A DNA stretch of 64,000 nucleotides, from the NCBI GenBank assembly GCA_964596525.1, contig CAZQUL010000002.1:9444-73443 (forward strand), read 5' to 3'. Under the pieces are notes generated by a model that saw nothing but the letters and a program-made list of their open reading frames with translations, searched no databases and was not told the DNA's origin. Position 1 is the stretch's first letter. Every line of letters begins with the position of its first letter. The DNA comes from an uncultured Gammaproteobacteria bacterium. GTDB lineage: Bacteria; Patescibacteriota; Patescibacteriia; Magasanikbacterales; GWA2-37-8. A program made the position numbers and the translations under genes. This document shows positions 1 to 8,066 of this stretch, one piece after another.

Positions 1-175
1 GCAACACGCGATGGAACGGTGGTAAAAAACGTCTGTTGTTCTGGTTCGTTAGTTTGATATCGGAGCGGAATATTCTTAGTGTGACCGATTACAAGTACCG
101 ATAAAATCATAAGAACGCCGGCCCATACCATGAACTGCCGGATCGAATCCGCGAACGGTTTTTCTACCCCTTCAT
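1..175 (-). CDS. Partial CDS running off the window edge; hypothetical protein with N-terminal hydrophobic segment
   Basis: ATG at 175 on the minus strand opens MKGVEKPFADSIRQFMVWAGVLMILSVLVIGH..., with no stop before position 1. Confidence 0.55.
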
Positions 176-274
176 GCCGGGACAAACGCGCAATGTAGTG
201 CTCGAAAACCATAGATTATGCGAAAAAATCCTGAACACCTCGTGTGTCCAGGATAGTACACGGAAGTAGTTTGA

Positions 275-835
275 TCAAGGGTTGGGCTCGGGAGCTTGTA
301 CCACTTCTTTTTCGAGGGCTTGGTGGAGATAGGTGTGGTTGTGGAGTTCTTCGTAGCGCGGCAGATCGGTAACGGATTCCATGCCGATATGGCGTAGGTA
401 GTCGATCGTGACGGTGTAGGTTGGGAGCAGGCCCTCATCCCCTTCTTTGATGAGGCCGCGCATGAGGAGGTTGCGGATGATGAGCGCGCAGTTGACGCCG
501 CGGATCTGCTCGAGTTCGGGTTTAGAAATAGGACCCGCATACGCAATAACAGTGAGCGTCTCGAGCTGCGCCTTGGTGAGTTCACCAGCGAGTTCGTCTT
601 TAACGAACCGTTCGGTAACGTCGCGGTTGTCGGGGAGTGAAACAAGCTGCCATTCGTCGCCAGCCTCAAGGAGCGATAAACCAGAATCGTCGCTACGATA
701 CCGTTCTTGCAAACGGCGCAGATGTTCAAGCGTCTCTTCGGCGCTCAACCCTACGGTTTCGGCCAAGCGCTTGAGTGTAAGCGGTTTGGAAGCGACGAAG
801 AGTACGGATTCGAGGCGAGAAAGTTCGGTAGGCAT
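275..835 (-). CDS. scpB: SMC-Scp complex subunit ScpB
   Basis: LESVLFVASKPL, LETLTVIAYAGPISKPELEQIRGVN motifs; adjacent to scpA; start set at MPTELS. Confidence 0.95.
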   Translation of the reverse strand: MPTELSRLESVLFVASKPLTLKRLAETVGLSAEETLEHLRRLQERYRSDDSGLSLLEAGDEWQLVSLPDNRDVTERFVKDELAGELTKAQLETLTVIAYAGPISKPELEQIRGVNCALIIRNLLMRGLIKEGDEGLLPTYTVTIDYLRHIGMESVTDLPRYEELHNHTYLHQALEKEVVQAPEPNP

Positions 836-843
836 AAAGATAG

Positions 844-1536
844 TTAACGTAAGACCATTTCCACGTCCGCGTAGCACGTTTCTTGTACCACGACGATACG
901 GTTGGAACGCATAAGTTCGAGTACGGCGAGAAAACTGACCACCACTTCGGCCCGGTTCCCCTCCCCCACGATCTGGCTTAAACGCAGGCGTTTGAGGTTA
1001 CCCAAAAGTTCCGTAAGATTGGCGATTTTTTCGTGAAGTGAGACGGTGGTGCCAATAGCCACCTGGGGCAACGGGTTAATAGGTTTAAGGCGTTTAAGAA
1101 GCGCCTGAAACGTTTTTTCGAGATGCGCCGCAGTGGCGTTTTTGGGCACAACGAACTCAGTGGTTTTGCGCGGCGGTTCCAAACGTCCGTAGCCGACCAA
1201 CCCTTCGAGCCAGAGTTTATTGAGTACTTTGCTCGCGTCTTGGAATTCTTTATAGAGCTTAAGCTGGCGCGCCAGGTTGTTTTCATCTTGGTCTTCGGGC
1301 GCGGCGAGGTGCGGCAAGAGGAGCCGCACTTTGAGGTATAAAAGTTTGGTAGCCAAAACCAAAAAATCCGCCACGTCGTCGGGGCGCTTGTCTTCGAGCT
1401 CTTCAACCGAGCGCATGAACTGGTCGGTCACCTGGGAGAGCGAAATTTCGGAGAGGGGCAGTTCTTCGGCTTCGATGAGTTGCAAAAGCAGGTCGAGCGG
1501 ACCTTCGAATTGTTCGAGTTTAATGGGCGTATTCAT
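844..1536 (-). CDS. scpA: Segregation and condensation protein ScpA (kleisin)
   Basis: FEGPLDLLLQLI N-terminus; VVSFLAVLEL C-terminal motif. Confidence 0.95.
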   Translation of the reverse strand: MNTPIKLEQFEGPLDLLLQLIEAEELPLSEISLSQVTDQFMRSVEELEDKRPDDVADFLVLATKLLYLKVRLLLPHLAAPEDQDENNLARQLKLYKEFQDASKVLNKLWLEGLVGYGRLEPPRKTTEFVVPKNATAAHLEKTFQALLKRLKPINPLPQVAIGTTVSLHEKIANLTELLGNLKRLRLSQIVGEGNRAEVVVSFLAVLELMRSNRIVVVQETCYADVEMVLR

Positions 1537-1580
1537 GGGCACACTGTAGCAGAAAAACGACAGTTAGGTAAGGGGTAAAC

Positions 1581-1646
1581 AAAAACCATCCCTGCCGACC
1601 TTAGGATACAACCGGAGTTGCACCATAAGGTCGAGGGGCAGGGATG
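1581..1646 (-). terminator. Long hairpin/intrinsic terminator downstream of the 1682-2095 orphan
   Basis: CCATCCCTGCC...GGCAGGGATGG outer stem with inner CGACCTTA/TAAGGTCG stem, followed by a T-run on the minus strand. Confidence 0.65.
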
Positions 1647-1681
1647 GCGCGCCCGACGACCAGGGTCGAAGGGCGGAGAGT

Positions 1682-2095
1682 TTACTGCTTGCCGAAGGCG
1701 ACACCCTTCTTGAGATTCGGGTAGGGCAGGCAGTCCTTGTAGCCATGGAAGGCCGGGAAGCGCGGGATGATAGTATAGCAGTTCCGGAACAGGGCCTTCT
1801 CGCCGATCTTGCCGCAGCCGTGGGGGCTACTGCTGAAGTCGACGAAGTGGCCGTCGCTCTTGAGGGGCACCAGGCAGTGCGCCTTACCGACGCCGAACTC
1901 GACAACGCGCTGAGCGAGCGGGGGCGGCTCCTTGCGGCGTTCAAAGACGTACGCAACGATAGCCGACCCAAAAATGACGAACGTGAAGAAGACAAGCATG
2001 GTATACAGAGCGTCGACCGTCGTTCCACCATGTTCACTGCGGCACGCATAGCGCATCGGACGGCTCTTGATAACGTCCAACTTGAAAGCACGCAT
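1682..2095 (-). CDS. Hypothetical single-pass membrane protein with Cys-containing extracytoplasmic domain
   Basis: CAGGAGG SD 5 nt before ATG 2095; hydrophobic MLVFFTFVIFGSAIVAYVF; upstream TTGACT-17-TATTCT promoter. Confidence 0.6.
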   Translation of the reverse strand: MRAFKLDVIKSRPMRYACRSEHGGTTVDALYTMLVFFTFVIFGSAIVAYVFERRKEPPPLAQRVVEFGVGKAHCLVPLKSDGHFVDFSSSPHGCGKIGEKALFRNCYTIIPRFPAFHGYKDCLPYPNLKKGVAFGKQ

Positions 2096-2341
2096 TCTGT
2101 CCTCCTGAATTTTTGGGCTGTTTCCAAGATTCTTTCTAGCAGCAAAAGGCATTCCTTCGGGCTGAACTGGTGAAAAGAGGGCTTTTCAGCAGGTCGGCCC
2201 GGAGGATATATAAGGAACGGACGGACAGGAAAGAATAGCAAGAATGAGGGGAAAAGTCAAGAATTAGCTGTTTATTACAAGCGAACTGTAGAACCTAGGC
2301 CAAAAAGCACCCGTGGGCATACAAATGCGGACGAGGTGCGT

Positions 2342-3967
2342 TTAGTCGATGGTAAAGCTTACATCTTCCAGGTGGAAGGTGCCGCGGTCGGTGACGATAA
2401 GGGTGCGGATGACCCACTGTCCCCGGGGCGGCGACGAACCGCCGAAGTCGCGGCTTGTGGTACTCGGCATGGCGTACGAACGGTCCCAGCCGTAGAGACC
2501 GGTGTCGTACCAGTTCGGGTCGGTCCAGGCGTTCTGGAGACGGCCGTCACGGTAGGTCTCGATGGCGTACTTGAATTTGAGCTTGGGCGTGAGCCGCTCC
2601 AGGCCGACGAGACCGTAGACATCCTGCCCGAACGAAAATCTCCGCTGCGCCGGTGAACAGGTGTAAACCCAGTTCGTGGCCGCACTGCCCTGCGGAGCGT
2701 TGGGACAGGTGACGTAGGTGGCGGAGTACGAAAAGAGCGAGGTGGGAGCTTTGGGGTAGCCGGACGGAGGAATATTCGGGACACCGAGATTATCTGACTG
2801 CGGCGGCGGGGAGGTAACTCTACCGCCAACCGTGAACGAGGATGTCGCGATCGGCTTATCCGTCAACGGCACTCGAGCTAGATCGACGTAATAGTCAATA
2901 CGCCAAGCGCCAGCTTGGGCTTTGGGGATGGAGATCCAGTGATAAGCCGTCGTCCACTCCCCCGGCTCAACACCATCATTGCACCAGTTGGAATTGATGA
3001 ACTGGTACACGCCGTCGCGGTAGGCGTACGCGCGGAAGCAGTGACTACGCATTACTTCCTCGATACCGATGAGACCCCAAACGTTTTGGCCGATGTCGAA
3101 CTGGCTTCTACGATTACAGTTGTAGATCCAGTTCGTGGCCAGACCGCCTGTTGGTTCGGTGGCGCAGGTCGTTGGATTACCACCACCGAGCGTCGGTTTA
3201 AAGACGTACGGTGGTTTGACGTGGGCCTGGATGAAGGCGGTGGGAACGAGGAGACCACGGTCGGTGAGGACTTGATGGCTGGCTTTGTAGTCGGAGAAAA
3301 TCCGATTTCCAACCTTCCAACGGATCTCAAAGTGTAGATGAGGTGAGTGCGGTAGTCCAATGTGACCAATCTTATCACCCATCTTTACCATCTGACCCTC
3401 TACAACTTGGAGTTTTTCCAAGTGCAGATAACCAGTTTCGATTGTCTGACTAACCGGGTTTGCCCCGGCCGGAAAAACCGTGCCGGCCAATATGTACTTC
3501 GAGAGATCTTCCGCTATAGGCAGTTGATGCTTTATTACCACTGCCATCCCAATATCTTTTTCGCGGTTATCTCTAAGGATTTCCTCGGAGACGTAACGCT
3601 GAGCAAACGTTACGATACCGTCAGCGGCTGCGTATACCGGCTCATCCAAGTCACACGCACCGCCACCACCGTTTGAACAGGTCATATTCCAGTCTTCGCC
3701 CGGATGATACCCGTGCAAGCCACCGCAGTTGTCACACCACGAACCGAAATCATTATTCACGAACCACCCATCCACGCGCGGATCCTTGAAGTTATCAAGA
3801 ATACTCTTCGTACTTTTTCCCTGTACAGGAAAAATGAAAGCGCGAGCCACAGGAATTTCTGAACCTGCTTGCAATTGAACTTTTTTCTCAGCCCCATCTG
3901 GTTCGCCGCAAGCTGAAACAGCAGCAACGATCGAAAGAAGTAGGGACTTCCACGGGAATGACTTCAT
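2342..3967 (-). CDS. M23-family metallopeptidase lipoprotein with two tandem C-terminal repeat domains
   Basis: Lipobox VSAC; HPGED (HxxxD), YLHL and PHLHFEIR motifs; duplicated TCxxxPxGxxATNWxYxC...YRDG domain. Confidence 0.85.
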   Translation of the reverse strand: MKSFPWKSLLLSIVAAVSACGEPDGAEKKVQLQAGSEIPVARAFIFPVQGKSTKSILDNFKDPRVDGWFVNNDFGSWCDNCGGLHGYHPGEDWNMTCSNGGGGACDLDEPVYAAADGIVTFAQRYVSEEILRDNREKDIGMAVVIKHQLPIAEDLSKYILAGTVFPAGANPVSQTIETGYLHLEKLQVVEGQMVKMGDKIGHIGLPHSPHLHFEIRWKVGNRIFSDYKASHQVLTDRGLLVPTAFIQAHVKPPYVFKPTLGGGNPTTCATEPTGGLATNWIYNCNRRSQFDIGQNVWGLIGIEEVMRSHCFRAYAYRDGVYQFINSNWCNDGVEPGEWTTAYHWISIPKAQAGAWRIDYYVDLARVPLTDKPIATSSFTVGGRVTSPPPQSDNLGVPNIPPSGYPKAPTSLFSYSATYVTCPNAPQGSAATNWVYTCSPAQRRFSFGQDVYGLVGLERLTPKLKFKYAIETYRDGRLQNAWTDPNWYDTGLYGWDRSYAMPSTTSRDFGGSSPPRGQWVIRTLIVTDRGTFHLEDVSFTID

Positions 3968-4054
3968 GACTTCACCTCTGCCATCAAGAATTTCACTGGC
4001 GAATGTCAAACTGTTTTGACAATCGCCTAATGAGATCCTCGGCTCTTTTTATTA

Positions 4055-5401
4055 TCAAGGTACTATTACTATTTTCTCCACCATTTCCTGAAAAAAATTA
4101 AGTGCCTGAATAGTTGAGCTGCTATTTATTTTTCCCACGGCAAGATCAGCAAGGATCACACGAGAATTTTCTGGTTTTGAAGAAAAATTATTTTCGTACC
4201 AGGTTACAGGAAATGCATATTCAATTTGGATTTCTGTGGATTTATTATATGTAGTGTAGTAGAGAACGTAGCAATCAAGCTCAGGATTATAATAAAACCC
4301 TCTTAGGAATTTAAACCCACTAATACTAACTTCCTTTTCAAACGGTTCCATTTTTTGTGTTTTGAGGAGTATCTTATTAACGTATTTTTCCCTAAAAAAA
4401 TCCCAATTGTAATACGCTATATCTCCCGGTTCAGCTTCTTGCGAAGCTTTAAAAGCTTTTTCTTCGCGGATGTCTAACGAAAAAAATCCTGGTTCGAAAT
4501 ACTCATCTCTAAATTCCACTCCTGCATACCCATTTTTTTTATTGCTAAATTCGCGCAAAAAAGACATGGAATCAGGTATAAGCAACTTAACACCAAAATC
4601 CTGATTATTATAAAGAAAATAGCCTGTCCTGTTAGATGATTGGAAACGATCAGAATAGAATTTGGTTTCAGCGACAGGTTTATCATTTTTTAACGTAAAA
4701 GTGTCAAGCAACTGATCGAAATCTTTTACCTGTTCGTGAATTTCAGTATCAAAAATTCCACTTTCCAACTTTTGTAACGTTGTTTGTACCCAAATCCTTT
4801 TTTCATTACCCCATGGCAAGAGAGAATCAGGATAGGATAATGATCTCCGTACTGAAATTACAGAGTCACCAGCCGTTAATTTAGCGATGCGAGTAAATTC
4901 CCCTCCGGGGACGTCATATCCGAAAGAAAGAGTGGTATCAAATTCATTAATTACTTTCTTTGAGGAAACATTCCTCATATAAAAGATATCGTTTTTCAGT
5001 TGATTCCTTGATTTAATATCTTCTGCCCCATCAAAATCAACTGTAAGAGTAGATGTCGGCGCAGATGCTACCGGTTCAACAAAAATTGTGTATAATGGCT
5101 TACCCTGAAACTCTAACGTTATCAATTCTCTTCCGTATGACCACGAACTCGAAGTAGCTTCCCACGAAGTGGGATGCTTAAATGAGAAATTTAATGAAGG
5201 AGAACTGTACGTTATACGTTCTGTTGAGGTCGGAGAAGAAGAAATATCATTTTGGACAGGAGTGGTTGTTACGAGTGTAACACTAGCCGCATCTTGCTTA
5301 ATCATTTCATGTAGCTGTTCAGACAGCGTTTGTTCTTTTTTTGCACAAGAAAATCCACTCGCAACCAAAAGAGCGCAAAAGATAATAAGCATTTTCTTCA
5401 T
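4055..5401 (-). CDS. Hypothetical lipoprotein, AT-rich, with two PsbP-like domain starts
   Basis: Lipobox GFSC; YSSPSLNFSFKHPTSW and YNNQDFGVKLLIP motifs. Confidence 0.7.
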   Translation of the reverse strand: MKKMLIIFCALLVASGFSCAKKEQTLSEQLHEMIKQDAASVTLVTTTPVQNDISSSPTSTERITYSSPSLNFSFKHPTSWEATSSSWSYGRELITLEFQGKPLYTIFVEPVASAPTSTLTVDFDGAEDIKSRNQLKNDIFYMRNVSSKKVINEFDTTLSFGYDVPGGEFTRIAKLTAGDSVISVRRSLSYPDSLLPWGNEKRIWVQTTLQKLESGIFDTEIHEQVKDFDQLLDTFTLKNDKPVAETKFYSDRFQSSNRTGYFLYNNQDFGVKLLIPDSMSFLREFSNKKNGYAGVEFRDEYFEPGFFSLDIREEKAFKASQEAEPGDIAYYNWDFFREKYVNKILLKTQKMEPFEKEVSISGFKFLRGFYYNPELDCYVLYYTTYNKSTEIQIEYAFPVTWYENNFSSKPENSRVILADLAVGKINSSSTIQALNFFQEMVEKIVIVP

Positions 5402-5540
5402 ACGACCTTTTTAAAAAATTCGACTTAAAAAACACCAGGGTCAACCAGTGCTTCATTCCCTCCTTGGTGATTAGCATACGCGCCTTAAAATCGAGCGCAA
5501 GGGTTTGGTGTGGATAAGAAACTCCATTATTATTCCTCAT

Positions 5541-5578
5541 AAAACAAAACCAACCTCATCAGGTTGGTTTTGTTGTTT
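5541..5578. terminator. Intrinsic terminator after aspS
   Basis: AACAAAACCAACCT-catc-AGGTTGGTTTTGTT perfect inverted repeat. Confidence 0.8.
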
Positions 5579-5592
5579 ACAGAAGACTGTAC

Positions 5593-6993
5593 TCACTTCT
5601 TCTTAATCTGCACATGCACTTCATCCAACGACTTCTCCGGTAGTGGAGACGGGGCGTGCATGAGGAGGTCGCGGGCGTCGCCGGTTTTGGGGAAGGCGAT
5701 GACTTCGCGGATATTGGCTTCGTTCGAGAGGATGGCGATGATGCGGTCGAGGCCGGCTGCGATGCCGCCGTGGGGCGGGGCGCCGAACGAGAGCGCGGTG
5801 AGCATGTGGCCGAAGCGGTCGGTGATTTCGGCTTCGGAGAGGCCGATGATCTCGAAGACTTTTTTGAGGTATTCGGGTCGGTGGTTGCGGATGCTGCCAC
5901 CCCAGATTTCCCAGCCGTTGAGGGCGAGGTCGTACTGGGTGGTGAGGATGTTTTCGATGTTAGTTTTGTTAACAAGATCGTCGAGGTGCTCGGGTTTGGG
6001 GGCGGAGAACGGGTTGTGCGAGCACTGCCAGCCGCCGTCATCGGCTTTTTCGAAGAACGGAAAATCCACAACCCAGCAGAACGCGAGGAGGTTAGGATCG
6101 TTTTTATCCTCACGGATGTCGGGTTTGTCGGAGCCGTACTTTTCCATCGCTTCTTTATAGGTAAAGCGCGGGAAGGGTACCTGCTGGATGCGTTTTTCGG
6201 GCGTGATGGTTTTGACGAGGTTAATCATGGCTTCTTCGACGAGGGCCATGACGTCTTTTTGCTCGACGAAGGACATTTCGAGGTCGAATTGGGTGAATTC
6301 GGCTTGGCGGTCACCGCGCTGGTCTTCGTCGCGGAAGCAGCGGGCGATCTGGAAATAGCGTTCGATACCGCTTACCATGAGGAGTTGCTTGAACTGCTGC
6401 GGCGATTGCGGCAAGACGTAAAACTCGCCGGCATGGAGACGCGAGGGCACGATGAATTCGCGCGAACCTTCGGGCGTGCCTTTGGTAAGGCAGGGTGTTT
6501 CGACTTCGAAAAAACCGCGCTCCGAGAAAAAGCCGCGTAAAAATTGGTTGATACGGTGGCGGCGGCGGAGGTTTTCACGCATGCGGTCGGAACGTAAATC
6601 TACGTAGCGATGCTCAAGGCGGACGGTTTCTTGGATGCCGCGCGTGTCAGAACTCGGGTCAAACGGCAAAGCTTCGGTAGCGGACAAAATCTGCACGTCT
6701 TTGGCGAGGAGTTCAATGGAGCCGAGGAGTTCTTGAGGGTTTTTCTGTTTCTCCCCGCGTTCTTTGACAATGCCGCGCACGCTCACCACGTATTCCAGGC
6801 GCACGTCTTTTATTTTCTCGCGCGCTTCGTCGGTGAGTTCCGAGGGAACGCCGACGACCTGCACCACGCCTTCGCGGTCGCGCACGTCCAAAAACACGAT
6901 CTTGCCCATGTCGCGGCGGGCTTTCACCCAGCCTTTGATGAGCACTTCCTCCCCAATCTTCGATAGAATATCACGGGAAAATAAGCGTTCCAT
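5593..6993 (-). CDS. aspS: Aspartate--tRNA ligase (short form lacking the GAD insertion)
   Basis: OB-fold start, TPEGSREF, LPQSPQQFKQLLM, CFRDEDQRGDRQAEFTQ, GAPPHGGIAAGLDR, IREVIAFPK. Confidence 0.97.
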   Translation of the reverse strand: MERLFSRDILSKIGEEVLIKGWVKARRDMGKIVFLDVRDREGVVQVVGVPSELTDEAREKIKDVRLEYVVSVRGIVKERGEKQKNPQELLGSIELLAKDVQILSATEALPFDPSSDTRGIQETVRLEHRYVDLRSDRMRENLRRRHRINQFLRGFFSERGFFEVETPCLTKGTPEGSREFIVPSRLHAGEFYVLPQSPQQFKQLLMVSGIERYFQIARCFRDEDQRGDRQAEFTQFDLEMSFVEQKDVMALVEEAMINLVKTITPEKRIQQVPFPRFTYKEAMEKYGSDKPDIREDKNDPNLLAFCWVVDFPFFEKADDGGWQCSHNPFSAPKPEHLDDLVNKTNIENILTTQYDLALNGWEIWGGSIRNHRPEYLKKVFEIIGLSEAEITDRFGHMLTALSFGAPPHGGIAAGLDRIIAILSNEANIREVIAFPKTGDARDLLMHAPSPLPEKSLDEVHVQIKKK

Positions 6994-7028
6994 AAGTAGT
7001 AGAAATACAGGATTTGATCTTACCGGAT

Positions 7029-8024
7029 CTAGATTTTAGTCGCAAGTTCCACCAAGCGGTGCGCATAGCCGTATTCGTTGTCGTACCAGGCCACGACTTT
7101 GACGAGATTGCCGCCAACCACGTTGGTAAGGCTCAAATCGACGATCGCGGAGAGTGGGTTGCCGCGGAAATCGGATGAGACCAATTCTTCGTTCGTAACA
7201 CCCAAGATGCCTTTGAGCGTACTGCCTTCGGAAGCGGTGATGAACGCTTGGTTAACGCGTTCGATGGTGACGTCTTCTTTAAGGACCGCGGTGATATCCG
7301 AGAGTGAGACGTTTGGCACGGGCACGCGGATGGCAAGGCCGTCGAATTTGTCTTTGAGTCCAGGAATCGCTTCGGTCGTAGCAATCGCGGCGCCGGTTGT
7401 GGTGGGCACAATGTTTTCGGCGGCAGCGCGAGCGCGGCGCAAATCTTTGTGCGGACCGTCTTGCAGATTCTGGTCGGCGGTGTAGCCGTGCACGGTCGTC
7501 ATCATGGCTTTCTCGATACCGAAATTCTTTTCGAGAACGAGCATGACCGGTGAGATGCAGTTAGTGGTGCACGACGCGTTGTTGAGCACGGTCGCGGTTT
7601 CGTTTTCGAGCTTATCGTGGTTAACGCCAAGCACGTAGGTGGGCACGTTACCGCCTTTGGCCGGGGCGCTGATGATGACTTTTTTGGCACCGGCGGTGAG
7701 GTGGGGTTTGGCAGCATCTTCGCTCGTAAAACGGCCGGTGCATTCGAGTACGACATCGACCTTCAAATCTTTCCACGGGAGTTTGGCCGGATCTTTTTCA
7801 GCAAAGACCGGATACTTTTTTCCTTCAACGATGATGTTTTTGTCATCATGTGAAATATCTTTGTCGTAGGTGCCGTAGGACGTATCGTATTTGAGGAGAT
7901 GAGCGAGGGTTTTGGTATCGGTAAGGTCGTTGATAGCGACGACGGCGAGATCGTTATGGGTGAGCGCGGCGCGGAAAGCTTGGCGTCCGATGCGGCCGAA
8001 GCCGTTGATGGCGATGGTGGTCAT
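7029..8024 (-). CDS. gap: Type I glyceraldehyde-3-phosphate dehydrogenase
   Basis: INGFGRIGR, NASCTTNC, WYDNEYGY. Confidence 0.99.
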   Translation of the reverse strand: MTTIAINGFGRIGRQAFRAALTHNDLAVVAINDLTDTKTLAHLLKYDTSYGTYDKDISHDDKNIIVEGKKYPVFAEKDPAKLPWKDLKVDVVLECTGRFTSEDAAKPHLTAGAKKVIISAPAKGGNVPTYVLGVNHDKLENETATVLNNASCTTNCISPVMLVLEKNFGIEKAMMTTVHGYTADQNLQDGPHKDLRRARAAAENIVPTTTGAAIATTEAIPGLKDKFDGLAIRVPVPNVSLSDITAVLKEDVTIERVNQAFITASEGSTLKGILGVTNEELVSSDFRGNPLSAIVDLSLTNVVGGNLVKVVAWYDNEYGYAHRLVELATKI

Positions 8025-8066
8025 ACAATCAATTAAAAATAGGTAAAGAGAATGGAAGAATTGAGT

